A stretch of DNA of 63,983 bases, filler included, from Trichomonas gallinae (taxonomy: Eukaryota): the NCBI GenBank assembly GCA_008369845.1. It is 10 parts of 10 records of this genome, joined end to end, with 100 filler letters (N's around TTAATTAATTAA, not from the genome) between each part and the next. Parts side by side here need not be neighbours in the genome. Positions count along the whole stretch, not along the records: positions 19,065 to 24,796 come from MRSU01000409.1; positions 24,897 to 27,249 come from MRSU01000411.1; positions 27,350 to 31,616 come from MRSU01000412.1; positions 31,717 to 34,691 come from MRSU01000414.1; 6 more parts are not named here. One strand, written 5' to 3'. The notes beneath the pieces were generated by a model. It did not search any database, was not told the origin of the DNA, and was given only the letters and a program-made list of their open reading frames with translations. Shown here one piece after another: positions 22,962-34,131 of the stretch (position 1 is the stretch's first letter; every line of letters starts with the position of its first letter). Both the position numbers and the translations under genes were made by a program.

Positions 22962-24017
22962 ATGACTGTTAAAGTCAAATTCGAATCTTTCATTGATGGT
23001 GATGAAAACGTTAAATTTGTTAACAATTCGTATATCTTCGATTATCCCTGCACAAATACTACCTACTGCAAGCCATACGAAGTAACGTTGTCCAATGGCC
23101 GCTTCCTTATCGAGCTGTGGGGCTCACAAGGCGGCGATGCGCGTGAATGGAATCAGGAAAACCTTTCTAATAAAGGTGGCCTAGGAGCTTACACGCGAGG
23201 TATCCTTACTATCCATAACAAAATGATACTATACATCTATCTTGGCGCCAAAGGTCAAGACCAATCCAGCACAAAAAGAGGAACAACAAGTCTGGGTGGT
23301 TGGAACTTTGGTGGAGATGGAGGCAATGATCTAAATGACGATCCACCAGAATCCGGCGCTGGAGGAGGCGGTGGAGTTGATATCCGCCTTATTCCTGTTG
23401 ACACAAACACCAAAGACGAGGCTCTGCTTCAACGATCAATCATCAGTCGAATCATGTGCGCTGGAAGTGGAGGTGGAGCTTTATCTGAGGGCACCACACT
23501 AACAGATCCATCTTATTTCAAATATCCCATTGGAATGCCTGGTGGTACACTATCTGCTGACGGAGGATATCGGTTAATTATAGGTGGAAGCCAAACAAAA
23601 GGTGACCTTGGAAAAGGTGCCAATGGATACTCATATTTATTTGACGCTGGCTGTGCCACTGGTGGGAGTGGTTCTGGATATAGGGGTGGGTATCACATTA
23701 TTCCCAAGCCACCACCTCAGTACATTGCCCACTCAGGTGCAGGTGGAAGCTCTTATATAAGCGGCCACAAAGGATGTATATCACCAGATGGTGTAAATGA
23801 ATTTCATCAATCAGGCGTCTATTTCACTGAAACAGCAATGCTGAACGGCAGCGAATTCATGCCTCAGCCGAACTTCACGTATTCATACGGCCACGAAGGA
23901 AATGGAGCTGCAAGAATCACAGTAATAGATTTCATTTGTATAACACAATCAAGACATTATACTTCATTTCGCTATATTCTTCTAATTTGCCCGTTTATTA
24001 TATTAGATGATAATTAA
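22962..24017 (+). CDS. Glycine-rich domain protein (ALK/LTK-like Gly-rich; trichomonad 'PE-PGRS-like' family)
   Basis: Motifs ELWGSQGG, GGLGAYTRG, GAGGGGGVDIR, SRIMCAGSGGG, GGSSYISG and GNGAARIT. Confidence 0.85.
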   Translation: MTVKVKFESFIDGDENVKFVNNSYIFDYPCTNTTYCKPYEVTLSNGRFLIELWGSQGGDAREWNQENLSNKGGLGAYTRGILTIHNKMILYIYLGAKGQDQSSTKRGTTSLGGWNFGGDGGNDLNDDPPESGAGGGGGVDIRLIPVDTNTKDEALLQRSIISRIMCAGSGGGALSEGTTLTDPSYFKYPIGMPGGTLSADGGYRLIIGGSQTKGDLGKGANGYSYLFDAGCATGGSGSGYRGGYHIIPKPPPQYIAHSGAGGSSYISGHKGCISPDGVNEFHQSGVYFTETAMLNGSEFMPQPNFTYSYGHEGNGAARITVIDFICITQSRHYTSFRYILLICPFIILDDN

Positions 24018-24391
24018 TCCAAAAATATATAATATTTGTTGCAGATAATAATGTTTCAAAAAATCAAGACTTTACACGACAATTTTGATGATATTTTTGA
24101 CATGTAAATAAAGATTATAGGGGGTGAAACTAAATTTTGAAAAGTGACAATTTATTTTAGATGAAAAAAATCTCCCTCAATACATGATAGGCAGTCTCAA
24201 TCATCACAGTTATCATAAGTACTGCCATATATCAACAGATGTTGTTGCAATATGTAGCTTTTTCGCTCCAAATCATATTCACGATTTAGATATCTAAGAC
24301 GAATTCGACATTTGAAGCCAAAAATGGAACATACATAAGCTAAATCACTTACAAGTCAAAGATAAAATGCTTTCACTCATTTACTTTTTTT

Positions 24392-24474
24392 CAAAAACGT
24401 AACAAAATTTACATGTCAGATTTCGAGTCCTTCACTTTTCTACAAAAACGTAACAATATTTACATGTCAGATTC
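24392..24474 (+). repeat. 51-bp-period duplication carrying two TTTACATGTCA motifs
   Basis: caaaaacgtaacaaaatttacatgtcagatt recurs as caaaaacgtaacaatatttacatgtcagatt. Confidence 0.85.
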
Positions 24475-24527
24475 TGATAATCATAACCTTAAAAGTGGAG
24501 ACCGTTTACCTAATTTTCAAAATAATT

Positions 24528-24796
24528 ATGTTTGATTCGGCCTCCGACAGTGATCTTAATGGATCAGTGAACGCGAGCAACATGGACTCTGCCACAGATG
24601 CCCAGCTCCTCGCTGAGACATGTGGCGAGCAGTTGCACGAAGAAATCGCTGCTTTGACGAAACAGAATAATATTCTTCGCGCACAATTCGAACAAGCCGT
24701 CGCTTTATCAGAAAAGATGGAGGACATTCATAAGGAGAACGAAGAACTCAAGAAGCAAATTCGCGAGCTTAACAATCAGAAGCAAGATTTACAAAG
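24528..24796 (+). CDS. 5' fragment of a coiled-coil protein (truncated by linker)
   Basis: ATG at 24528 followed by E/K/Q/L-rich heptads. Confidence 0.7.
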
Positions 24797-24896
24797 NNNN
24801 NNNNNNNNNNNNNNNNNNNNNNNNNNNNNNNNNNNNNNNNTTAATTAATTAANNNNNNNNNNNNNNNNNNNNNNNNNNNNNNNNNNNNNNNNNNNN

Positions 24897-25113
24897 GGGA
24901 TTAGATTCTTTTCTAACGAAATGTTGATGTATTGGCATATTCGTTGGTACAGGTGCAAAGAACGCGTTGGGGATAGGCTCACTATTGACTTTTTCTCCTT
25001 TTTTCTGCTCTTTCTGTTGAGATCCAAACGGATCAAAATTTTGTGGTACTTCTTTTGCCATTGGAGTAGTGAACGGATCAACATTCGACTTTGTGACAGG
25101 TTCGAATGGGTTC
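24897..25113 (-). pseudogene. Degraded or partial gene with NPF/DPF motifs (endocytic adaptor-like tail)
   Basis: The frame reads *NPFEPVTKSNVDPFTTPMAKEVPQNFDPFG..., with in-frame stops immediately upstream. Confidence 0.35.
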
Positions 25114-25897
25114 TATGCCCATTATAACAATTCAGAAAGTCGCCATATTGATACGAAATTCTTTATTATTTGCTTCAATACACCACTAACTGTAGATATT
25201 CATACATTCTTATAAAGATTAATGAATGCTAAATTTTCGAACAGAATCACTTTTTCCCTGTTCAATTTTTGGAAGATTTTTTGAGTGATGGAAGATCTGA
25301 GAAAATCCTTGAAATTCTCTGATTTTTGAGGAGGAAGAAGTTAGGAAGATCTTGGGAGGAAGGAAGATTCTTAGATGTGTTTTTACTAATTGTTCTTTAA
25401 ATCATATCCTGGTGCAAAATACATCAATTTGGATTTGAATGGCGACGATAAAGAAAAATATTTTTGCATAATATTGCTTCTGATATAATTTCTAATCAAA
25501 TTCAAAATTCTACAGAGCTCTTCACTTTTTACTTAAAGATATACATTATGCTGGTTCGAACCTTACATAATCTGATAAAAACAAACGGAAATTAATAATT
25601 TTTCAAAAATTCGCGAACATCAAATATTCAAAGTTTAGCATCACAATATCGATGAAATCAAACATTATTTCCATTATTTTTGATCAGAACTGTATTTGAT
25701 TATTAGCAAAAATTCATCAAAAGGTATGCCATATGCTAGCTCGTTAATAGGGATACTGATAGCCGATTTACCGTACAGTAAATACAATTATCCCTCTTTA
25801 ATTTTTACTCCCCCTTAAATAAAAACTTTTATTTTCCAAAAAATCTTCTTACTTCGTCATTTTTTTTTTTCTTCCAAAGTCATAATTATCTTCCGAA

Positions 25898-26047
25898 ATG
25901 ACATCCTTAGCAAACAAACTTATTCCAGATTATGTGATTCAAGTAAAGGGTCGCTTGCGAAGTGACTGTTTCAAACATTATACTAGAGTTGACATGGTTC
26001 AAGCTGCAAATCAAATTACAAGAGTAATCTATAAAATTTATTTTTAG
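25898..26047 (+). mobile_element. Remnant of a tyrosine-recombinase (DIRS/Ngaro/Crypton-type) catalytic C-terminus
   Basis: 49-aa ORF MTSLANKLIPDYVIQVKGRLRSDCFKHYTRV... matches the YR box II pattern T-x-L-A-(x)-P-xxx-I-xxx-G-R-W-x-S-D-x-F-xx-Y-x-R, with W changed to L. Confidence 0.55.
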
Positions 26048-26214
26048 GAAAATTTTTTGTAAAGTATTCAATTTGTGCTAGAATTTTTTCTGGGATAAAC
26101 TCAGAATTGACATTTCAAGAATTATAAATAAATTCAAAAATATTGATTATTTGATTGTCATCATATGATATTGAATTTATTTTTTTTATAAAATTTTTGA
26201 ATTTTAATTTTTTT

Positions 26215-27183
26215 ATGGAATTTTTCTTTGTTATTGCTATTACTTCGATAAAAAAGGACTGGAGTGCATTTTATCCTGGCGATGTCCAACCAAAACTAAG
26301 CTGCCCAAATCAGACAACATCTGAAGATGAAAATAAGCTTGATGCAGAGGATCACTATATTCGCTCGTGCACATTTAAATATTTTAAGACTACAGTTTTA
26401 AATTTCGTCACACGGGATGATAAACACAAAATGCTTGTTGAGGATTCAAAATTCTCATCAAATTCGCCCGGTGATACTTTAATATATTTCTATAATTCTG
26501 GTAGTTTTGTTTTACACAAATGTTGCGTAGCAAAAACATTATTAAATAATTATATATCATCAGTGACAAGAATCTTAACATCAGCTGGTAATCTTGATTT
26601 ATTGAACAGAATTAATCTATCATCATTCAATCAAAATGATAAGTTATATAAGAGTTCTACGCAATGCTATCATAACGGTAATATTCATTTCTTTAATTTC
26701 AATATTTCAAGCTGTTATGAGGATTCACGTGCATGTTTTTCTTTGGATTCTTATGCATTACTTGAATATTCCCATTTTTGTGATACAATATCAGCACAAT
26801 CACAAGCTCTTCTGTTTCGCGCCCAAGGTATTGTAAATAATTGCAATATTGTGAACAATACATTTGTTAATAACAAATTAAGCTATCCAATGATGACATT
26901 AAATGGTGATAATTACGATTTTATAAAATGCATTATTAAGTGTAAAAATGAAAATGACATTGTTTATGTCAATAATGGTCAAATTAGTTTTAACGAATGT
27001 CAAATTTTTGGCAAGGCTGAAGGAAAAGTATATAATTCGATTAATGCATCAACATATGGATATATGTTTGATTTTTGTCCAACAGATGAACCAGAACTGA
27101 TAGATTTCGACGATTACACTGGATCCCCTGGCCCTAATATGATATATGGTAAGATTGTAATGAAATATCATATGCTCTATTGA
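26215..27183 (+). CDS. Cys/Asn/Ser-rich secreted beta-helix-like protein (intact member of the family at 11520 and 59997)
   Basis: The ATG at 26215 gives a short hydrophobic leader followed by DW. Shared motifs include LVEDSKF, NISSC and CNIVNN. Confidence 0.75.
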   Translation: MEFFFVIAITSIKKDWSAFYPGDVQPKLSCPNQTTSEDENKLDAEDHYIRSCTFKYFKTTVLNFVTRDDKHKMLVEDSKFSSNSPGDTLIYFYNSGSFVLHKCCVAKTLLNNYISSVTRILTSAGNLDLLNRINLSSFNQNDKLYKSSTQCYHNGNIHFFNFNISSCYEDSRACFSLDSYALLEYSHFCDTISAQSQALLFRAQGIVNNCNIVNNTFVNNKLSYPMMTLNGDNYDFIKCIIKCKNENDIVYVNNGQISFNECQIFGKAEGKVYNSINASTYGYMFDFCPTDEPELIDFDDYTGSPGPNMIYGKIVMKYHMLY

Positions 27184-27482
27184 ATTTTGCCGCATAAAAA
27201 TTTTATTTTTAAACAATTTATATAATTAATTAATCTTGCAAAGCTTTTTNNNNNNNNNNNNNNNNNNNNNNNNNNNNNNNNNNNNNNNNNNNNTTAATTA
27301 ATTAANNNNNNNNNNNNNNNNNNNNNNNNNNNNNNNNNNNNNNNNNNNNTCTTATTCCTGTAGGCCTATAGAAGCTATATCTAGAGTATCGACCTCAAGT
27401 ATTCTCAGAAAAAAGAGTTCCCCCCTTTTCATTTAATATATTATTAATGATATTTAGAAATATTTTCAAAAATAAATTTAAT

Positions 27483-29336
27483 TTATTTATTTTCATCATA
27501 ATTCCTGTTTTGGAATACGTAGAAATCTGGAATTTTCGTTTCATCTTCTAGATTTGATTGATTTAGGTAAGTTGCCTTGAACATCCTATATTTATTTTCT
27601 GATTTGGAAAGGATAACTTTGCGATATTCTTTCATGATTTCTTTCTGCATTTTCTCAGGTACCTCATCAAGTCTGCAGAGAATGTAGTTATCTTTGTAAA
27701 TTTTGATATTGCAGTTGACTTCTCCTAGAGTGATTTTAACTGAATTTCGGTATTTTAGGAAGTCATTGCCTGAGATTGCGACCAGATTTCGTCCATCGAT
27801 TGGTCCTCTGTCAGGGAATGCTTGAGAAGCACCAAATAATTCTTTTAGTTTTCTGTTGGCGCAAACAATGGCAGATGGTGGGCATGTAATAGAGCCGCCA
27901 TATCCATCGAATCTTACTTGATCGCCATCTCTCTTGCAAAGTTGTTCTTGCTCACCAACCATAAGCCTAACTCTTTTATCTGTTCCGCACCATGCGTTGT
28001 AGCATTTTGGTTCTGCAACCAAAGATCCTGTTATTGAATCTTTCACGAGTGTAGAAAGTGCGCATGTTGAATTGTCTATGAATTTTTCGCCATACTTTGC
28101 AGGATCGTATCCATCTGTATAGCCTTGCATTACTTGAAGGCCACCATCTTTTTCTGTTCTGCAAGAGTACCATGGCAAAATGACGTTAGCATGGTCTAAA
28201 AGATCATCAGATCCTACTTGACTACGATCCTCAGGGAAATACCATTGTTGTTGTTTATCATTATAATTAGAATCAACTTCTGATTTGCTTTTGAGTGAGC
28301 AAACACCTGTGTATGTATAATCGTAGAAGCAAGCATTAAGAGCTGAAGAATAGCATAGGAAGGACTTTGGAAAAGATTTTTGTGGTGGAGTTAGTAATAT
28401 ATCTTCAATGATATGAATGTTAGGTATTAATGTATCGTCCAAATAAACAAGCTCCTCGAACAGATCTTCACTAGGTTTGTACCAGCAAGAATCCATAAGT
28501 GTATACTTGAAAATTGGACTAAGCCATCCTGGTCCGTAAGTACGTCCTTGCATTAAATCAGTGAAATAAAGGCGTTCATTAGGATGTGAGCCTGCGGTGC
28601 CTTCATTTCCACCATCTTCAATCTCAAGTCCATACTTTTTTAACGTTTCATTTCTTACATGAAAACGTGAATTAACCCATTGTGTTAATTTAGGTGTGCT
28701 TAAAAATGTATGCTCTATATCATATTCATCTCTGAATGATTGCTTCCATTTGTCACCTGTATGATTACAAAAATGAGGGAAATTAGAACGGCTAAAGGAT
28801 AAAATATGGTTAAATTCGTGAATGAGAGTCATGATAAACTGGCGTTGTCCAGTTTCTAATGTTTGAGGCTCTGTTGGAATTTTATTTTCGTTAATTGTTA
28901 TTCTGCCTTCATATGGCCTTCCAGTTATATGTCTTGAACCTGCGCTTGCAAATGCTAATACAGTACTCTTCTCATCCATTTTTTGGACAGTGACTGAAAC
29001 ATATAAATGAGCATCATTCATTTTTCCTTTGTTTTCAAGCTCAGTTAACATAATTTTTTCTTTGAAATAATTTGAGATGTAATCAAATGTTTTTTCAATA
29101 ACTTCTTTTTTTGCATGATCAGATACTCCTTGCACATCAAATTTGACTATAAAATTATATTTTCCAATTGAATCATCTGTTTGTGGCGTTGAATCTGATC
29201 GTGAAGCTGAATCTTTTTCTTGTAGTTTGCGGAGAGGCTCTGGCTCTCTGCTGCGCAGTTCCTTATTCTCGAAAAAGTCATGCATGCATGTAGCGATTTC
29301 TGACTTTGTAGGTAAAGCAAATAAAAGAAGCAACAT
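27483..29336 (-). CDS. GP63-like (leishmanolysin, M8) metalloprotease with a C-terminal IPT/TIG-like domain
   Basis: HEFNH zinc motif, EDGGNEGTAGSH, Met-turn DLM, a Cys-rich region, and PDRGPIDGRNLVAISGNDF. Confidence 0.9.
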   Translation of the reverse strand: MLLLLFALPTKSEIATCMHDFFENKELRSREPEPLRKLQEKDSASRSDSTPQTDDSIGKYNFIVKFDVQGVSDHAKKEVIEKTFDYISNYFKEKIMLTELENKGKMNDAHLYVSVTVQKMDEKSTVLAFASAGSRHITGRPYEGRITINENKIPTEPQTLETGQRQFIMTLIHEFNHILSFSRSNFPHFCNHTGDKWKQSFRDEYDIEHTFLSTPKLTQWVNSRFHVRNETLKKYGLEIEDGGNEGTAGSHPNERLYFTDLMQGRTYGPGWLSPIFKYTLMDSCWYKPSEDLFEELVYLDDTLIPNIHIIEDILLTPPQKSFPKSFLCYSSALNACFYDYTYTGVCSLKSKSEVDSNYNDKQQQWYFPEDRSQVGSDDLLDHANVILPWYSCRTEKDGGLQVMQGYTDGYDPAKYGEKFIDNSTCALSTLVKDSITGSLVAEPKCYNAWCGTDKRVRLMVGEQEQLCKRDGDQVRFDGYGGSITCPPSAIVCANRKLKELFGASQAFPDRGPIDGRNLVAISGNDFLKYRNSVKITLGEVNCNIKIYKDNYILCRLDEVPEKMQKEIMKEYRKVILSKSENKYRMFKATYLNQSNLEDETKIPDFYVFQNRNYDENK

Positions 29337-30400
29337 TTTTATGTAAAATCAAAAAATCTTTTTCATTATTTAAATTTTGTGAACTTTTAACGTTCATCAA
29401 AATTTAAAATCGAAAAAGATTTCAAAAATTATTTCATATTTGGTCGAACTAAAGTTTGACCAAATATCCAATAATTTTTGAAATTATTGAAAATATGAAA
29501 AAATATTACTACTTCCAAATATATATGATATGAGATTTTTCATAGCAAAATAATTCAGTAGTTTACGACTTTGAGAAAAAAAAATGTCATATATTTTCAA
29601 TTAATAATATTCGTCTTCATTTTCAAATTTTCAATTGAAAATAATCGTTATTTGGATAAAAATTTAAAAATAATTATTCTATTAATCAAAATCAAATATG
29701 GCAAAATTAATGATCAAAAACTTCCGAAAATAATTACAAAATAAAGCTAAATAATGAATATAGGTGACTACATAATTCTAAATATGCGAATTTAAAAGTC
29801 GAATTCGAAAATTAACCCGACTCAATCTCTTTTGTTGTTTATATATCATTAATATTTATGCACTAAAAATTCATACTAATTGTTATTTGAAGCTAAAATA
29901 GTAATTTACAATATATTAATTAAATTAGAAGTGATTAGAATCAAAAATTGATATGAGCATCCAGTTAGTTGTTAACTTTGTATCAGTTTCTATATGTTAA
30001 AAGCTTTCGCTCACATAATCAATAATACCATTTTTTTAATAGCAATATCATTAAAAGTGTTCATGTGTAAATAGTAAGGAAGCTATTATATTTTAGATGA
30101 TGTGGATTAAATAATATTACAATCGACATTTAAAAAAGTAATAGAACATCAATATGATTAAATAATAATTAAGTTGGTAGTGGATAAATGTTTCAGATCC
30201 TCTTATTTCGATTTTATATAATAATGGAAACAGAACTGAGTACTTATCTAAATCAAAATGAATAAATTTTTGTGCAACCGTAAATTGATGATTTTTTCTT
30301 AATAGAATAAATTGTGAAAGCCTACTATATTGTTAGCATTGTAGTGGTTTGTTGTAAGTGAGTAAAATAAAATTATGTAAATTAACAGGTGGAGCTATAA

Positions 30401-30742
30401 TTATTTCATGTACGTAAGGCGTGAGTAAGGTCTATAAAAGTTTTTCACTTGGTGCGGATGATAATTAGGGAAATTTGCGTGGATAGGATTCAATTTAGGA
30501 ATTATTGTAGTATTATCAATATGGTGTGTTGTGGATATCATCGAAACGGATTCTGCAACAACTTTCTGACCAACTACTGTCAAGTTTGGCTTTTTTGGAG
30601 ATGCAGGAACAGTATATGCTGCATGGACTTTTGGAAGATGTGTTTTCTTAGGTTTCATATCAATTGGTTTAAACTCCTTGGATTTTTGGAAAAACTCTGT
30701 AAATGCTGCTTCGATTGAATCAAATGAGTTCTTCAAATTCAT
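30401..30742 (-). CDS. Hypothetical basic Pro/Lys-rich protein
   Basis: 113-aa ATG-initiated ORF in otherwise stop-dense DNA, with a motif cluster upstream. Confidence 0.55.
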   Translation of the reverse strand: MNLKNSFDSIEAAFTEFFQKSKEFKPIDMKPKKTHLPKVHAAYTVPASPKKPNLTVVGQKVVAESVSMISTTHHIDNTTIIPKLNPIHANFPNYHPHQVKNFYRPYSRLTYMK

Positions 30743-31076
30743 ATATATATATATCTAATTGAATTTTGTTTACAACGTCAAAAGTTTTGAATTTGCCGCG
30801 TAAATCAATTCAAAGAAAATTTTTGTCATTGTAAAATTCTCAATTTGAAAATCTGCTGAAAATCAATAAAATTTTGTCATGTAAATAATTTTACATGCAA
30901 TTACTACATAACTAGGCATGATACAATATTCTATCCATTGTATATCATTATATTTAAACATTAAGGCAATTTATTAGAAAATTCTTCATCAAAATGTGAA
31001 TTTTAAATTTTTCACTTCCAGTAGATAGGTCTGAAGATTCAATCGTATAATTAAATCGTTTAAAAAACATAATTAT

Positions 31077-31616
31077 TTATTCTTCAGCTTGTTCAGGTCT
31101 CTCAATAGGAATGTTGAAGCTTACTGATGATTGGATAACATCCAAATTCTTAATGCGTGAAAGAATATCTTCGAAGTGTTCATACTTCATTTTATCCAGT
31201 TTCTGATGAACCTGATTCAATAATTCAAGCACTAGATCACCTTCTTCATCAGCTAATTGACTAGCATGGGCCTTTGTCCTTTCGAGAATTTTCGTTAAAA
31301 TAATTGGAATTTCTGTAATAGGAATGTTGCTATTATTCGCCTTAAGAAGCTGTTCGATGATGGAATTTGATGCTTCCGCAACAGCTGAACCAAGTTTTGC
31401 ATTATAAATATCTACAAATTGAACAAAAGCAGCAATTGGATGGGGTGCCATCAAAAATGGTATGTAGTGTTGATTAATCTCATCAGTTTCTTCAACTTTT
31501 CGAACATCATCGTTGTAAAATTGATCCATAATCGGTAAACGAATAAAATGGAGGCAGCATTCTGCTGGTGACCTGTTTTTCATCTGCTGTGATATTGTCT
31601 GCCAGTCATCTCCGAT
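31077..31616 (-). CDS. 3' part of a SWI3/SMARCC-like SANT-domain protein (truncated by linker)
   Basis: GDDWQTISQQMKNRSPAECCLHFIRLPI and PFLMAPHPIAAFVQF match the Swi3 SANT and SWIRM-associated segments. Confidence 0.8.
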   Translation of the reverse strand: MGDDWQTISQQMKNRSPAECCLHFIRLPIMDQFYNDDVRKVEETDEINQHYIPFLMAPHPIAAFVQFVDIYNAKLGSAVAEASNSIIEQLLKANNSNIPITEIPIILTKILERTKAHASQLADEEGDLVLELLNQVHQKLDKMKYEHFEDILSRIKNLDVIQSSVSFNIPIERPEQAEE

Positions 31617-32212
31617 NNNNNNNNNNNNNNNNNNNNNNNNNNNNNNNNNNNNNNNNNNNNTTAATTAATTAANNNNNNNNNNNNNNNNNNNNNNNNNNNN
31701 NNNNNNNNNNNNNNNNTGCACTCAGCTTGAACCAACTTCCGATGCAGTCTTTTTAAAAGCTCTCTGCCACTGAACCATCCAGGGTTTGGATTTCACACAA
31801 CTATACTACCTATTTAATGAATTCCAAAATGTTTGACCACTTCACATCTTGTTCTGCCACTTTGGGTCCCAAGAAATTGAATACGTATCGAAAAAGCTGT
31901 CTGACATCAGAAAAACGGGGGACAGTATAGAATTTGACATGTAAAGTAAATGCAATTTTTCATGATTGGTAAGAAATTAGGAATTTACATGGATTTATAA
32001 GTCCAATTATCAGAAAAAAAAATTGATGAAAATTTTAATTGTTCGTTACACATAAATTGGCAAATTTAATTAATTACGGATTTTGCATTATTAATATATA
32101 TTAAATCCAAATCTTTAAAATGCAGAAGAAAAATTTTGCTATATACGTTTTTTATTCAGAAATTTTTGACAATAGTTTTTAAGGGGAAAAAACCGTGGGA
32201 CCGAAAGCATTA

Positions 32213-33490
32213 ATGACGTCTGCGATTCCCGGCTTTTTCAAGCTGTCGATCGACGAACGCCAAGATGCCCTGAGGAAACTGTTTGGCTTCACCGAAGAAG
32301 AGGTCAAGCTGCTCAAATCAACGGAGCACGGCCTTACATTCAAAACTGCAGATACAATGATTGAAAATTGCGTCGCCATGCACAGCACACCAGTCGGTGT
32401 TGCCACAAACTTCATCGTCGACGGTAAGGAAATCATTGTTCCCATGGCAAATGAGGAGCCGTCCGTTATCGCTGGCGCTTCTTTAGCAGCAAAGCTCTGC
32501 AGACCAACAGGCGGATTCACAACAGCCTCGGGCGTCAACATCTGCTCGGGACAGGCAGTCTTAATTGTCCCAGAAGGCGAAACAGACCCATTAAACAAAA
32601 TTAAATTATACGGAAATGAAATTGTTTCTGTCGCAAACTCAACAATGCCATCAATGCTCTCTAGGAATGGTGGTGTCCACAGTGTAGACTATAGATTAGT
32701 TCACACAAAGTCAGCGCTCACAGTCTCAGTTGATATTGCAATTAATGTTTGTGATGCTATGGGAGCTAACTGTGTTAACACTGCATGCGAAGCTGTTCTC
32801 AAGCACCTCGCTGAAAAGTTAGATTGGGAACCATTGATTGCAATTATCACAAATTTGCCGCTCAAGAGACTCGTTCATGCTACTTGCAAGTGGCCAATTC
32901 AATCACTTGCTCAAGGCGGATTCACTGGAATTCAAGTCGCCCAGAGAATCGTCATGGCTGCAGATTTCGCAAGCGCAGACCCATCCCGCGGCGCCACACA
33001 CAGAAAAGGTATAATGAACGGTGTAACAGCAGTCGTCCTGGCAACAGGAAATGATACTCGCGCTGTAGAAGCTGCTGTTCATTCATATGCCACCCAATCT
33101 GAGAATCCAGCACTCACATCATACAGGATTGATGGCGATTCCAACCTTGTTGGTGAAATTTGGATCCCAATTCCTGTTGGTGTTGTTGGTGGATCTATCA
33201 GAAGAAACCCAGACGTTATGCTCATGAGAAAGATGCTTCGTGCCGATGACGCAGATACACTTGCTAGAACAATTGCTGCAGTTGGCCTTGCTTCAAACTT
33301 CGCAGCTCTTAGAGCACTAGTTACAAACGGAATCTGCGCTGGCCATATGAAACTCCACTCCAGAAACATCGCTTGTGAAGCTGGTTGTTCAGAAAAGCAT
33401 ATTGAGACAGTGGCAGCTAAGCTTATCGAATCAGGAGACATATCTGTTAGAAATGCTCTTAGAATCCTCCAGACCTGCCATCTGCTCTAA
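32213..33490 (+). CDS. mvaA: Class II (bacterial-type) HMG-CoA reductase
   Basis: Motifs MIENC, EEPSVIAG, DAMGAN, ATHRKGIMNG, ATGNDTRAVEA and GHMKLH. The first ATG is at 32213. Confidence 0.93.
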   Translation: MTSAIPGFFKLSIDERQDALRKLFGFTEEEVKLLKSTEHGLTFKTADTMIENCVAMHSTPVGVATNFIVDGKEIIVPMANEEPSVIAGASLAAKLCRPTGGFTTASGVNICSGQAVLIVPEGETDPLNKIKLYGNEIVSVANSTMPSMLSRNGGVHSVDYRLVHTKSALTVSVDIAINVCDAMGANCVNTACEAVLKHLAEKLDWEPLIAIITNLPLKRLVHATCKWPIQSLAQGGFTGIQVAQRIVMAADFASADPSRGATHRKGIMNGVTAVVLATGNDTRAVEAAVHSYATQSENPALTSYRIDGDSNLVGEIWIPIPVGVVGGSIRRNPDVMLMRKMLRADDADTLARTIAAVGLASNFAALRALVTNGICAGHMKLHSRNIACEAGCSEKHIETVAAKLIESGDISVRNALRILQTCHLL

Positions 33491-34123
33491 TTATAGACTA
33501 TCTTGATAAATTGTGTTTGCATAAAGAATTTCATTACTGTTATAAAAATTATTTCTTTTCAAAACAACATATGTTCTTCAAAAAGACAAACCACTAAACA
33601 TAGCTCTCAATAATTAACTTATTTTGAAAATTTATGATCAAATTTTTATATTTTTTGATTTTACAAATATATAAATTTTTATTTGAATTTTATCAAAAAT
33701 TAGAATTTGTCTGATAAAAAAGAGTTCAATCATAAAAACTAATCGATATTAGAAATGTATTATTAGTACTATATCTTTCCCAACAACAAAATTACTAAAT
33801 TCTCGATTCCAATTCAAAAATATTTCGCGATTTTTCTCGAAAACTTGTTAATAATACATCTGAGCATACATACTATCTAATTTTATTCAAATTAAAGAAA
33901 AATTAAATATTTTATTGATTGAATTACATGTCAAAATTTATATTTAAATGTCAAAAATACAAAAAACGGATAAATTTCGGACGTTTTAATAAACATGCGG
34001 ATTCATCAATAAAATAAAACAAACATAATAAGCCAAATCCAAATAACGCAAAAAGAGGCGAAAATAATTTACGGACGATAATTTTCTTGGCTCGACTTTT
34101 GAAATTGAAAAGGTATGGCTGGC

Positions 34124-34128
34124 CCTTT
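34124..34128 (+). promoter_or_regulatory. M5 core-promoter element (CCTTT)
   Basis: CCTTT ends 4 nt before the ATG of a ribosomal-protein gene, the context described for M5 in Trichomonas. Confidence 0.65.
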
Positions 34129-34131
34129 CTT

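Noticed and set aside
26024..26047. 24-nt GT-AG intron
   Set aside because: It lacks the trichomonad CTAAC branch/3' motif, and splicing would not extend the ORF meaningfully.
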